Counted from the first letter of the stretch, positions 42,773-53,210 are shown. The stretch: 64,000 nucleotides of DNA from Escherichia coli (GCF_048403405.1 NZ_CP183129.1), one strand, 5' to 3'. Made by a program: numbers and translations. The notes: generated by a model from the sequence alone, not told the origin.

Positions 42773-43601
42773 CATTGAGCGCCTCCAGACGCTTGGCGAG
42801 CCAGCGTTGCGACAGGCGGGTGAGTTCTCCTTTGCGCTGCTCATATTCCATGCCCATATCAATTAACGTGATATTGGTGCTTTCGAGATATGAGAGGTGC
42901 TCAAGCTGTTCTGCGTTCATATGGTCGCGAGGTTCGCCAGAATAGCCATTTATCCGCGCCCACTGCTTAGCAGTTAGCCCACCAAGAACGATACGAGAAA
43001 TCATATTGCTCTCGTTTGTGTAGTGGTGTTGCTGCGTCATTTTCCCCATCTCGGCACGGGCCATATTCAGCGCATCGCACATTGGCTTAAAGTTGTTTGC
43101 GGCACTAATACGGGCTTTTAGCTGGCGACGATAGCGGGCGGCGATTTCAGGCACGGTACGCTGTAATTCTTCCTCGCACTGGATGAAATAACGGCGGATA
43201 GCGCGACCCTGATCATTGCGTTCGATCATTGCCAGTTCTTTCGCCATTCCGACACTTAACAGATAGTCTTTGCCGGGTCTGCCAGAGTGCTTTATCTTGC
43301 TGTAAGCCGCGCCATTCGGGCTTTTCCCCAAATTTGGGGAAATTGTTTTATGGACTGAGTAATCGTGCCCAATGGTGAAGTCATATTCAGAGATGCGATC
43401 AGTGATCCATGTAGAGAAGTCTTTTCCCACGCCCAACGCTTTGTGTAACGCTTTTGCGCTAACAATATTGGTTTCACGCCCACCGATATGACCAGGAATA
43501 ACCGGGACAATTGCGGCAAATTCATTACCGTTAATTGTGCCCAGAGAGGCGTTCAGATGAGGGGCGGCCTCAGAAATTAATCTGCTTTTTTCGATGTTCA
43601 T
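42768..43601 (-). CDS. Phage antirepressor-like protein (AntA/KilA-type N-terminal domain), 277 aa
   Basis: N-terminal region ...IVSAKALHKALGVGKDFSTWITDRI... resembles AntA/KilA-N antirepressor domains; C-terminal coiled-coil; typical of satellite/prophage regulatory modules. Confidence 0.55.
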   Translation of the reverse strand: MNIEKSRLISEAAPHLNASLGTINGNEFAAIVPVIPGHIGGRETNIVSAKALHKALGVGKDFSTWITDRISEYDFTIGHDYSVHKTISPNLGKSPNGAAYSKIKHSGRPGKDYLLSVGMAKELAMIERNDQGRAIRRYFIQCEEELQRTVPEIAARYRRQLKARISAANNFKPMCDALNMARAEMGKMTQQHHYTNESNMISRIVLGGLTAKQWARINGYSGEPRDHMNAEQLEHLSYLESTNITLIDMGMEYEQRKGELTRLSQRWLAKRLEALNV

Positions 43602-43613
43602 TTTCAGTCTCCG

Positions 43614-44045
43614 TTAGGCGGCGTTAAACGCGTTCGGGTAGAGTTTCAGAATGTCGGCAATTTCCTGCTGAGAAAGTCCGTTGTGATCATTTATGTTCGC
43701 AAGATGGTTAACATGAGTGATCACTTTCAGAACATCACCACGGCAGGAGAAACGGTAGCGAAGGTGTGTTCCGATACCATCAGGATTCTTTTCGTCGATA
43801 CGCTCCAGAGTGATTCCAAGCTGGCGTTCTAACTCTGTTGCATAGTTACGACCAGAAGACAGACGGCAGTAGCGAAGAATGTCATTTTCTGTCCATCCCT
43901 CTATACCAGTACGCAGCATATAGACTCTGGCACGATGCTTTTTCGGTGTGCGCTTTGGTGCTTGAAGGGATTTTGTCAGGGGCGTAACATCAGATACGCG
44001 AATATCTGAATTAGCCGCCTGTAATGGGCGGTTTTTCTTTTCCAT
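43614..44045 (-). CDS. Hypothetical basic protein, 143 aa
   Basis: Immediately downstream of alpA, start/stop abut (44045); Lys/Arg-rich N-terminus. Confidence 0.5.
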   Translation of the reverse strand: MEKKNRPLQAANSDIRVSDVTPLTKSLQAPKRTPKKHRARVYMLRTGIEGWTENDILRYCRLSSGRNYATELERQLGITLERIDEKNPDGIGTHLRYRFSCRGDVLKVITHVNHLANINDHNGLSQQEIADILKLYPNAFNAA

Positions 44046-44248
44046 CAGGCCACCTTCCCGCGGCGTTCTGCCAGCCAGTTGTGAATCTCAACCGCATCAA
44101 ACGCAGTTATTTTTTCTCCCAGCTTTACCGGACGTGGTAGTGAACCGTTTCTTACTTTACGGTCGATGGTGGATACACTAACGCCCAGCAATTCAGCCAG
44201 GCGGAAGCGTCTGATATAGCCTTTTGTAGGAATAGTGTCGGTGTTCAT
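44045..44248 (-). CDS. alpA: AlpA-family transcriptional regulator (prophage CP4-57-type excisionase-like HTH)
   Basis: 67 aa; MNTDT..IRRFRLAELLGVSVSTIDRKVRNGSLPRPVKLGEKITAFDAVEIHNWL is the canonical AlpA/MerR-like HTH pattern. Confidence 0.85.
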   Translation of the reverse strand: MNTDTIPTKGYIRRFRLAELLGVSVSTIDRKVRNGSLPRPVKLGEKITAFDAVEIHNWLAERRGKVA

Positions 44249-44311
44249 GCTTCCCGTAACCTCTTAGCGATAGTTGTTGCTTCGTTACGGGAGGAAGTAT
44301 CTGTACATATA

Positions 44312-44346
44312 TGAACAATAAAAAGGCACAGTAATGATACTGTGCC
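44312..44346 (-). terminator. Intrinsic terminator after the 321-aa cargo gene
   Basis: Perfect 8-bp stem GGCACAGT/ACTGTGCC with 6-nt loop, followed on the minus strand by TTTTTATTGTT. Confidence 0.6.
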
Positions 44347-44362
44347 TGAATAGTTAGCTACT

Positions 44363-45328
44363 CTACCCCTTACCGTTGGCGGCAGCACGTAAGTGTCTCA
44401 AAATCACATCTTCATTTGTGATTGCTAACGGTGGAATTTCGTCTTTATGAGCCACTATGCAATCCCGCCACTTCTCAGGGCTTATTTCTTTCTTTTTGCC
44501 ACGGCATTCATCAGGATACTTTGACAAAAGATATATTGCAGATTTGAAAAGTTTTTCCCTGTTTTCAGCATGTCTCTCGGCATTATGGTTGCTATTTTTT
44601 ATTTCAGGTATTAGTTCCTGTTCTACCGCCATTTCGTATCGTTTTTTGCTCTTAGCTGCGTCAAAACTTCCATTAACCTTTGCGTCATGAAGGTATTCTA
44701 AATCAGCCTTTGTTATATAAATGTTTTTATCTGACAGGCTACTCAGGTGAATTTGGGAACTTTGCATTTTGAATTTATATAGATCACAATCAAATGTTGC
44801 TTCAAGTCGCACATATGGTTCTCCACATTCTTGTGAATGATAATGTCGTGTTGTTCTACCGCGTACACGCAACAATCCACATGCAATTGATTTTCTTACA
44901 ATAAAAGAGTTTTTGCCAATTTGTTCAAAAACATTTTTATTGTCGCTGTCTTCAACTGTCAGTGGTTTATGTGCATAAAATAGCTCATAAGCACCGCTTT
45001 CAGATGCTGGGATATAAACTTCGTTGCTTGCGCTGGTAATAAGAAAAGGAAATGTAAACCTTACTTCTTCTGGGTACATAAGTAATAAATCAGTTATAAA
45101 ATTAGCATCTTTTTTGAAGTGGATGGTGGCATCAGATTCAATGAAATCAAGAAAGTCAGCATAGACATAAAAGTCTATATGTAGTCTATCTTTCCAATGC
45201 CATATATCATCAATTTCACAATTTAATAATTTTGATGCTCGCTCTATCGTGCAGTAGTCCAAAGGTGGAATACCTGATTCCTGCCATAAATTTCTATGCA
45301 CCACTGTTGTTTCATGAGAGTCGTTCAT
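44363..45328 (-). CDS. Hypothetical AT-rich cargo protein, 321 aa, between integrase and alpA
   Basis: Markedly AT-rich codon usage compared with flanking int and alpA; own terminator; no motif recognised. Confidence 0.6.
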   Translation of the reverse strand: MNDSHETTVVHRNLWQESGIPPLDYCTIERASKLLNCEIDDIWHWKDRLHIDFYVYADFLDFIESDATIHFKKDANFITDLLLMYPEEVRFTFPFLITSASNEVYIPASESGAYELFYAHKPLTVEDSDNKNVFEQIGKNSFIVRKSIACGLLRVRGRTTRHYHSQECGEPYVRLEATFDCDLYKFKMQSSQIHLSSLSDKNIYITKADLEYLHDAKVNGSFDAAKSKKRYEMAVEQELIPEIKNSNHNAERHAENREKLFKSAIYLLSKYPDECRGKKKEISPEKWRDCIVAHKDEIPPLAITNEDVILRHLRAAANGKG

Positions 45329-45423
45329 TGCGTCACCTTTTACGCTGCGCCTTATTTTGTGATTGAGCCAGGCGGTAAGGCTTCCCGCTTTTCGCCCCGT
45401 CGAGCTAGGCTCAATCTATTCAG

Positions 45424-46683
45424 TTAGTTCGCCCTTCTGAGAGGCGTTACGTTGTAGTCTTTTCCGCTTTCCAGTGCCACCAGCAGATCAGCCCACTGTG
45501 CCAGTGCTGCTTTACGCTCATCAAAATACTGATGGCGGTTATAAATCCCCTCTACGCCCTTAATGCGATGATTGAGGCATCGTTCCGCCACGACAGGATC
45601 AACACCCAACGCTGCTAAATGAGTACGTGCGGTGCGTCGGAAGTCGTGAATCGTGAAATTAGGCACATCCGGCATTTCGGCGCGAACCTTAGCCAGTGCT
45701 ACGGGCAAAGTGCTTTCCTGAATATGTGGGATCATTCTGTTTTGCATCTTCCTGGCTGGAAGCACCCATGCGCTATTACATGAAAAGGTGTGTAGCTCTC
45801 TCAACCATTCAACGGCTGGGGAAGGTAGAGGTATATCAATAGGGTCTCCGTTTTTGCTGCGTTCTTCCGGCAAATGCCATACCGCACCATCTAAATCAAA
45901 CTCTTCCCATCGTGCGGCGCATAACTCCATCTTACGAACGCATAGTGCCAGCAATAGCTTAAATGTCAGTTCGTTCTGGCGGCTGAATCCTTTTGCGGTG
46001 CGCATAGCCTCGAATAGCCTGATAAGCTCATCGCGAGTTAGCCAACGGTCGCGGGAAACCTCTTTACCACCAGCATCAGATACTTCAAACGCTGAACAAG
46101 GGTTTATCTCCAGAGCGTGGCGTTTTATCCCGTAGTCAAAGATACGGCGTGTCCAGCGTAATACATCTGTTGCTATCGTTGGTGCTCCTCGGTCAACGAT
46201 ACCTTTCAACATGTCGTCAATGTGGCGTGGCTTAACGTCCTCTACCTTCATATGCCCAATGCAGGGGTTAATATCCTTATCAATTCTCCGGCGAAGGATA
46301 TCGGGATGTTTCCATCTCGGAAGTATCTGGCGCTCGAAGTATTCGGAGGCCAGATCTGAAACACGCATGGCGTTTTTCTCAGCCTCCATTTTTGCCAGTG
46401 CTTCAGCTTTTCGTTCCTGTTTCTCTGCTGCTACGTCATAGCCAAGAGCAACTCTGGCTGACAGCTCTTTTGCTGTTTCTCTGGCTTTTGATAGTGACAG
46501 TTCGGAGTAAGAGCCTATAACCATAGCCCGCTGCTTTCCTGCGAGCTTATAGCGGAATCGCCAGAACGGGGCTGTGTAGTTTTTGGGGTAGCAAATATAA
46601 AGGCCGTTGCCGTCTGCCTTGCCATCAAATCTGTCTCCCGCCTTTATCCATGCGCGGATCTGCATATCTGTGAGTTTTGGCAT
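45424..46683 (-). CDS. Tyrosine recombinase, P4-type integrase, 419 aa
   Basis: From MPKLTDMQIRAWIKAG...GNGLYI (P4-integrase N-terminal arm-binding pattern) to C-terminal catalytic region with ...HDFRRT...LNH..., ending ...GIYNRHQY (tyrosine nucleophile context); adjacent to right-end repeat. Confidence 0.9.
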   Translation of the reverse strand: MPKLTDMQIRAWIKAGDRFDGKADGNGLYICYPKNYTAPFWRFRYKLAGKQRAMVIGSYSELSLSKARETAKELSARVALGYDVAAEKQERKAEALAKMEAEKNAMRVSDLASEYFERQILPRWKHPDILRRRIDKDINPCIGHMKVEDVKPRHIDDMLKGIVDRGAPTIATDVLRWTRRIFDYGIKRHALEINPCSAFEVSDAGGKEVSRDRWLTRDELIRLFEAMRTAKGFSRQNELTFKLLLALCVRKMELCAARWEEFDLDGAVWHLPEERSKNGDPIDIPLPSPAVEWLRELHTFSCNSAWVLPARKMQNRMIPHIQESTLPVALAKVRAEMPDVPNFTIHDFRRTARTHLAALGVDPVVAERCLNHRIKGVEGIYNRHQYFDERKAALAQWADLLVALESGKDYNVTPLRRAN

Positions 46684-46740
46684 TGCGAATACCTGAATAT
46701 CGAATATGGGTGTGTACATAAAGCAATGTACATGAAAGTC

Positions 46741-46764
46741 ATTATGTACACCTCTATGTACACG
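46741..46764. repeat. Right-end direct repeat (putative attR core / integrase-binding repeats)
   Basis: ATTATGTACACCTCTATGTACACG; 22/24 identical to 28810-28833; additional TGTACA motifs at 46711-46740. Confidence 0.55.
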
Positions 46765-46808
46765 CATATTGTGCGCTTTATTGCGTCGTTATGATAGCTC
46801 ATGATAAC

Positions 46809-46846
46809 AAAAAAGCCCGACATTTCGCGGGCTTTGTGGTTTTTTG
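46809..46846 (-). terminator. Intrinsic terminator downstream of yicC
   Basis: GC hairpin AGCCCG...CGGGCT flanked by A-run and T-run on opposite sides (bidirectional-looking). Confidence 0.55.
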
Positions 46847-46871
46847 CTGCTTGGTGATTTTTACTGATAGC

Positions 46872-47735
46872 TTATTCGATATTCTGGATCTGCTCGCGCA
46901 TCTGCTCAATCAACACTTTCAGCTCGATGGCAGAATTCGTCACTTCGGCATTGATAGATTTCGACGCAAGAGTGTTCGACTCGCGGTTGAACTCCTGCAT
47001 CATAAAGTCCAGACGACGACCAACCGCTTCTTTTTTCTTCAGAATGTTGTAGGTCTCTTTGACATGCGCTTCGAGGCGGTCCAGTTCTTCGGCAACGTCA
47101 ATTCGTTGTGCCAGCAGAACCAACTCCTGCTCCAGACGGTTGTTTTCCAGTTGCACCTGAGCATCTTCCAGCTTCGCGACCAGACGCTCACGTTGCCATT
47201 GCAGGATTTCCGGCATATGGGCGCGGACTTTGACCACTTCGGCGGTGACGCCTTCCAGACGCTGCTCGATCAATGCTTTCAGCGCCTGACCTTCGGTTTC
47301 GCGTGCGACGATAAAGTCGTCCAGCGTACCATCCAGCGCCGCGAGAATTTCAGCGGCAATCGCGTCGAGATCCTGCTCCTGGGCTGCCATTACGCCCGGC
47401 CAGCGCAGAATATCAACCGGATTTATTTCCCCTTCGTCGCTCTGCATTTTTACCCAGTTCGCGGCGGTTACCAGCTGTTTAGCCAGTTTTTCGTTGAGGA
47501 TCAGCTCACCTTGTGCGCTAACATCTGGTTCATAGCGCAGGGTACATTCCACTTTACCGCGCGTCAGGCGAGAACGAATACGCTCGCGAACGACAGGTTC
47601 AAGGCTACGGAACTGCTCCGGCAGACGAAAGTAAGTTTCCAGATAACGCTGGTTTACCGAGCGCATTTCCCAGGTTGCGCTCCCCCATTCACCCTTGATT
47701 TCACGCCGGGCGTAGGCGGTCATACTGCGGATCAT
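46872..47735 (-). CDS. yicC: Stress-induced protein YicC (YicC-like family)
   Basis: 287 aa MIRSMTAYARREIKGEWGSATWEMRSVNQRYLE...; conserved neighbour of rph. Confidence 0.9.
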   Translation of the reverse strand: MIRSMTAYARREIKGEWGSATWEMRSVNQRYLETYFRLPEQFRSLEPVVRERIRSRLTRGKVECTLRYEPDVSAQGELILNEKLAKQLVTAANWVKMQSDEGEINPVDILRWPGVMAAQEQDLDAIAAEILAALDGTLDDFIVARETEGQALKALIEQRLEGVTAEVVKVRAHMPEILQWQRERLVAKLEDAQVQLENNRLEQELVLLAQRIDVAEELDRLEAHVKETYNILKKKEAVGRRLDFMMQEFNRESNTLASKSINAEVTNSAIELKVLIEQMREQIQNIE

Positions 47736-47861
47736 AGACGTTCCTGTTTATAAAAGGAGAGGTGGAAGGATTATAGCCATCGATGCCTTGTCAGGATAGG
47801 AATAACCGCCGGAAGTCCGTATAATGCGCAGCCACATTTGTTTCAAGCCGGAGATTTCAAT

Positions 47862-48578
47862 ATGCGTCCAGCAGGCCGTAGCAATAATCAGGTGCGTCCC
47901 GTTACCCTGACTCGTAACTATACAAAACATGCAGAAGGCTCGGTGCTGGTCGAATTTGGCGATACCAAAGTATTGTGTACCGCCTCTATTGAAGAAGGCG
48001 TGCCGCGCTTCCTGAAAGGTCAGGGCCAGGGCTGGATCACCGCAGAGTACGGCATGCTGCCACGTTCTACCCACACCCGTAACGCGCGTGAAGCGGCGAA
48101 AGGTAAGCAGGGTGGACGCACCATGGAAATCCAGCGTCTGATCGCCCGTGCTCTTCGTGCGGCAGTAGATTTGAAAGCGCTGGGTGAGTTCACTATTACG
48201 CTGGACTGCGACGTGCTTCAGGCTGATGGTGGCACGCGTACCGCTTCGATTACGGGTGCCTGCGTGGCGCTGGCAGATGCGCTACAGAAGCTGGTGGAAA
48301 ACGGCAAGCTGAAAACCAACCCGATGAAAGGGATGGTAGCCGCAGTTTCTGTCGGGATTGTGAACGGCGAAGCGGTTTGCGATCTGGAATACGTTGAAGA
48401 CTCTGCCGCTGAAACGGACATGAACGTGGTGATGACTGAAGACGGGCGCATCATTGAAGTGCAGGGGACGGCAGAAGGCGAGCCGTTCACCCATGAAGAG
48501 CTTCTCACCTTGTTGGCGCTGGCCCGAGGGGGAATCGAATCCATTGTAGCGACGCAGAAGGCGGCGCTGGCAAACTGA
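47862..48578 (+). CDS. rph: Ribonuclease PH (full length, 238 aa)
   Basis: [39 protein letters not shown]...; reading frame intact through the C-terminus. Confidence 0.95.
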   Translation: MRPAGRSNNQVRPVTLTRNYTKHAEGSVLVEFGDTKVLCTASIEEGVPRFLKGQGQGWITAEYGMLPRSTHTRNAREAAKGKQGGRTMEIQRLIARALRAAVDLKALGEFTITLDCDVLQADGGTRTASITGACVALADALQKLVENGKLKTNPMKGMVAAVSVGIVNGEAVCDLEYVEDSAAETDMNVVMTEDGRIIEVQGTAEGEPFTHEELLTLLALARGGIESIVATQKAALAN

Positions 48579-48585
48579 TTTTTAA

Positions 48586-48611
48586 GGCGACTGATGAGTC
48601 GCCTTTTTTTT
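48586..48611 (+). terminator. pyrE attenuator (intrinsic terminator in rph-pyrE intercistronic region)
   Basis: Hairpin GGCGACT-GATG-AGTCGCC followed by eight T residues, ~30 bp upstream of pyrE start. Confidence 0.85.
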
Positions 48612-48643
48612 GTCTGTAGAAAAGTAAGATGAGGAGCGAAGGC

Positions 48644-49285
48644 ATGAAACCATATCAGCGCCAGTTTATTGAATTTGCGCTTAGCAAGCAGGTGTTAAAG
48701 TTTGGCGAGTTTACGCTGAAATCCGGGCGCAAAAGCCCCTATTTCTTCAACGCCGGGCTGTTTAATACCGGGCGCGATCTGGCACTGTTAGGCCGTTTTT
48801 ACGCTGAAGCATTGGTGGATTCCAGCATTGAGTTCGATCTGCTGTTTGGCCCTGCTTACAAAGGGATCCCGATTGCCACCACAACTGCCGTGGCGCTGGC
48901 GGAGCATCATGACCTGGACCTGCCGTACTGCTTTAACCGCAAAGAAGCAAAAGACCACGGTGAAGGCGGCAATCTGGTCGGTAGCGCGTTACAAGGACGC
49001 GTAATGCTGGTGGATGATGTGATCACCGCCGGAACGGCGATTCGCGAGTCGATGGAAATTATTCAGGCCAATGGCGCGACGCTTGCTGGCGTATTGATTT
49101 CGCTCGATCGTCAGGAACGGGGGCGCGGCGAGATTTCGGCAATTCAGGAAGTTGAGCGTGATTACAACTGCAAAGTGATCTCTATCATCACCCTGAAAGA
49201 CCTGATTGCTTACCTGGAAGAGAAGCCGGAAATGGCGGAACATCTGGCGGCGGTTAAGGCCTATCGCGAAGAGTTCGGCGTTTAA
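48644..49285 (+). CDS. pyrE: Orotate phosphoribosyltransferase PyrE
   Basis: 213 aa from [38 protein letters not shown]...; PRPP-binding motif [13 protein letters not shown]. Confidence 0.95.
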   Translation: MKPYQRQFIEFALSKQVLKFGEFTLKSGRKSPYFFNAGLFNTGRDLALLGRFYAEALVDSSIEFDLLFGPAYKGIPIATTTAVALAEHHDLDLPYCFNRKEAKDHGEGGNLVGSALQGRVMLVDDVITAGTAIRESMEIIQANGATLAGVLISLDRQERGRGEISAIQEVERDYNCKVISIITLKDLIAYLEEKPEMAEHLAAVKAYREEFGV

Positions 49286-49292
49286 AGAAACT

Positions 49293-49316
49293 CGCCGGAT
49301 GAAAAGTCATCCGGCG
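49293..49316. terminator. Bidirectional terminator between pyrE and slmA
   Basis: 10-bp stem CGCCGGATGA/TCATCCGGCG with 4-nt loop between convergent genes. Confidence 0.6.
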
Positions 49317-49321
49317 TCATA

Positions 49322-49918
49322 TTACTGCAACTGTGCGGCAATTAGCGGCCAGCGGGCGTCAAAATCATCCGTCGGGCGGTATTTAAACTCGCTGCGGACA
49401 AAGCGTGACAGCATACCTTCACAGAAGGCCAGGATCTGGCTTGCCAGCAGGGTTTCATCGGTGGTGTAACCTTCACCCTCACGCATTCTCTTTTCGCGCA
49501 ATACCTGACGCAACTGCGCTTCAATACGCTCGAACAGCTGGTTGATGCGCCCTTGCAGGCGATCCTGTTCAAACATTAGTGCATGACCAGTGAGGATGCG
49601 GGTCAGGCCAGGATTACGCTCACCAAAACCGAGAAGCAGCAACACAATCAGACGCAGGCGCGCTGTGGTGTCCTTCTCATCTTTCAGAATCAGATTGATG
49701 CGAGTAATCAGGCTATCTTCGATAAACTCAATCAGGCTATCGAACATGCGGGTCTTACTGGGGAAGTGGCGATACAGTGCCGCTTCGGAAACGCCGACAG
49801 AGGCGGCCAGTTTTGCCGTCGTGATACGTTGGCTTCCATCGCTGGATTCCAGCATCAGCGCCAGAGACTGAAGTATTTCCTCGCGACGGTTCCTTTTCGC
49901 AGTTTGTTTTTCTGCCAT
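49322..49918 (-). CDS. slmA: Nucleoid occlusion factor SlmA (TetR family)
   Basis: 198 aa from [24 protein letters not shown]...; TetR-type HTH ([20 protein letters not shown]). Confidence 0.93.
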
Positions 49919-50024
49919 GTTACAAAATACCCCTGAAAATAAGCACTTGCCAGGCGGCACCCACGCTATGACCGCAAACGAAATGTTTGCGGCTATGTTA
50001 TGACGTTATTCGGATGCGTATGTG

Positions 50025-50483
50025 TTACTGACGACCAGAGTGACCAAAGCCGCCTTCACCGCGGTCGGTGGCGTCGAAATCTTCCACCAGATTAAATTCA
50101 GCCTGTACTACCGGAACAAAAATCATCTGGGCGATGCGTTCGCCAGGTTGAATGGTGAAGCTGTCCTGACCACGGTTCCACACGGAAATCATCAACTGGC
50201 CCTGATAGTCAGAATCGATCAATCCTACCAGGTTACCAAGCACGATACCGTGCTTATGTCCCAATCCGGAGCGCGGTAGCATCATTGCCGCCAGTGAAGG
50301 ATCGGCAATATGAATCGCCAGCCCGGTCGGAACCAGCGTAGTGTCACCCGGAGCCAGTTCTACGGCGTCGTCGAGACAGGCACGCAGGTCAAGTCCGGCA
50401 GAGCCAGAGGTGGCATAAGTCGGGAGCGGAAATTCCTTCCCAACGCGCGGGTCCAGAATCTTAACGTCGATTTTTTTCATCAT
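50025..50483 (-). CDS. dut: dUTP diphosphatase Dut
   Basis: 152 aa [35 protein letters not shown]...; classic dUTPase motifs. Confidence 0.95.
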
Positions 50484-51681
50484 AACGGGTCACGATCTCG
50501 TCGAGTAATAATTGGCCAAGGAGCTCTTTGCGCTCAAGCGGTAAGACTTTATCTCCGTCCTGCCAGAAAAGGTGTAATGCGTTGTTGTCGCTGTTAAATC
50601 CTTGAGTTGGCTGGGAAACATCGTTCGCGCAGATCAGATCAAGGTTTTTACGGATACGTTTTTGCCGGGCGTATTCTTCCACATTATTTGTTTCGGCGGC
50701 AAATCCAACGACGTAGGGTCGATGGTCTTTTAGTGCGGCAACGCCTGCGACGATATCGGGGTTTTTAACCATTTTTATTGTTAATTCATCACCCTGCGTG
50801 GCCTGCTTTTTGATTTTCTCTGGGGCCACGGTAGCTGCGCGATAATCCGCCACGGCGGCACAGCCGATAAAAATATTTTGCTGCTGTACAGAAGCATTCA
50901 CGGCCGCTTCCATTTCCAGCGCGGTCATCACATCAACACGTTTAACAAACGGTGGCGTCGGTAGTGAAACCGGACCTGATACCAGCGTGACGTTCGCGCC
51001 ACGACGGGCAGCGGCGGCGGCGATAGCAAAACCCATCTTGCCTGAGCTGTGATTAGAGATATAACGCACCGGATCGAGCGGTTCACGCGTCGGGCCGGCG
51101 GTAATCATAATGTTCAGATGTTTCAGGTCGTTGACGGGCGAAAAATGCGCTACCGCCATATCAACAATGGTTAACGGATCGAGCATTCGCCCAGGGCCGA
51201 TATCACCACAAGCCTGACTGCCACTGTCTGGCCCCCAGATGAGCAAACCACGGGAAGCAAGCACCTCTAAATTATGCTGCGTGGCAGCGGCACGGTACAT
51301 CTGCTGGTTCATGGCGGGGAGCACGGCTACAGGCGCAGGTGTAGCCAGACAAATCGTCGATACCAGGTCATTCGCCATTCCGGCAGCAACACGGGCAATC
51401 AAATCTGCCGTGGCAGGGGCGAGAATCACTAAATCAGCCCATTTACCCAGCTCAATATGGCCCATAGCGGCTTCGGCTGCTGGGTCCAGCAGACTGTCGG
51501 AAACGGGATAACCAGAAACCGCCTGCAAGCTAAGTGGGGTGATAAAGGCTTTTGCCGCTTCGGTCATGGCTACGCGGACGTCGGCCCCGCGCTCGCGCAA
51601 ACGACGCACCAGTTCAGGGGTTTTATAGGCAGCAATACCGCCGCTGACGCCGAGAACGATTTTTTTACCGGCCAGGCTCAT
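50461..51681 (-). CDS. coaBC: Bifunctional phosphopantothenoylcysteine decarboxylase/synthetase CoaBC (Dfp)
   Basis: 406 aa from [28 protein letters not shown] (flavoprotein fold); start trimmed from longer ORF. Confidence 0.93.
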
Positions 51682-51846
51682 GATGATTTTTCCTGTTGGG
51701 TGACACCAGAAGTTGGCGATTTTATCACAATACTTTTGTTGTCGTGCCTTCACCTGAGAATCACTTTGCGAGGCGCTTTCCAGGATTGAAAACTGGCCGT
51801 CGATTTAACGGAACGGCTATGACAGGATGCGAGCACCACAAAGGAG

Positions 51847-52521
51847 GTGAAGGTGAAAAACAATGCACAGCTGTTGATGCCGCGCGAAAAAATGCTGAAG
51901 TTTGGTATTAGCGCCTTAACGGATGTCGAGCTGCTGGCGCTATTTCTGCGTACCGGAACGCGCGGTAAAGATGTATTAACCCTGGCAAAAGAGATGCTGG
52001 AGAATTTCGGCTCTCTTTATGGCTTGTTAACCTCTGAATATGAACAATTTAGTGGTGTTCATGGAATTGGCGTGGCGAAATTTGCCCAGTTAAAGGGGAT
52101 TGCTGAACTAGCGCGGCGTTACTACAACGTGCGGATGCGTGAAGAAAGCCCTTTACTCAGCCCGGAGATGACGCGGGAATTTTTACAAAGCCAGCTCACG
52201 GGGGAGGAGCGGGAGATCTTTATGGTGATCTTTCTCGACTCACAACACCGGGTTATAACGCATAGCCGTCTTTTTTCCGGCACGCTAAACCATGTTGAAG
52301 TCCATCCTCGGGAAATTATCCGCGAAGCGATAAAAATAAATGCCTCGGCGCTGATCCTTGCACATAATCACCCTTCGGGTTGTGCTGAACCCAGTAAAGC
52401 GGATAAACTCATTACTGAACGGATAATAAAGAGTTGTCAGTTCATGGATTTACGCGTGCTCGACCATATCGTGATTGGGCGTGGAGAGTATGTTTCTTTT
52501 GCCGAACGCGGCTGGATTTAA
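51847..52521 (+). CDS. yicR: RadC-like JAB-domain protein YicR
   Basis: JAMM-like motif region HNHPSG; conserved position between dfp and rpmB. Confidence 0.85.
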
Positions 52522-52716
52522 CCCGCTATGCGCGATCCTTCGGGATCTTTGTCTGTTCGGGACTTGAGCACATCGCTGAGTCAGCGTATACTACGCCACC
52601 TTTGAGAATCTCGGGTTTGGCATTTGGGCCTGGCAATCGAGAGTTCACATAGAACTGCGATGACCGGGCTGTAAAGCCTGACGAGGCGCCAATACCCCAT
52701 ACGAAGCTCGAGCTAA

Positions 52717-52974
<258 letters not shown>

Positions 52975-52991
52975 GTACTTAGAGGAAATAA

Positions 52992-53162
<171 letters not shown>

Positions 53163-53186
53163 TTCTCGCTTTGATGTAACAAAAAA

Positions 53187-53210
53187 CCTCGCTCCGGCGG
53201 GGTTTTTTGT
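53187..53210 (+). terminator. Intrinsic terminator after rpmBG
   Basis: Stem CCTCGC/GCGGGG (one G-U pair) with TCCG loop followed by TTTTTT. Confidence 0.7.

Larger units (their letters stand above)
28810..46764. mobile_element. Integrative element (P4-like satellite / PICI-like) inserted between dinD and yicC, ~18 kb
   Basis: Bounded by imperfect 24-bp direct repeats (28810-28833 and 46741-46764); carries P4-type tyrosine integrase, AlpA, zinc-finger/TOPRIM primase-helicase, iteron arrays, antirepressor-like and PerC-like genes; interrupts the otherwise contiguous K-12 order yicC-dinD. Confidence 0.8.

Noticed and set aside
46791-47753. 320-aa plus-strand ORF
   Set aside because: Antisense to yicC, which has a coherent conserved translation; the plus-strand product is Phe/Gln/Leu-rich nonsense.
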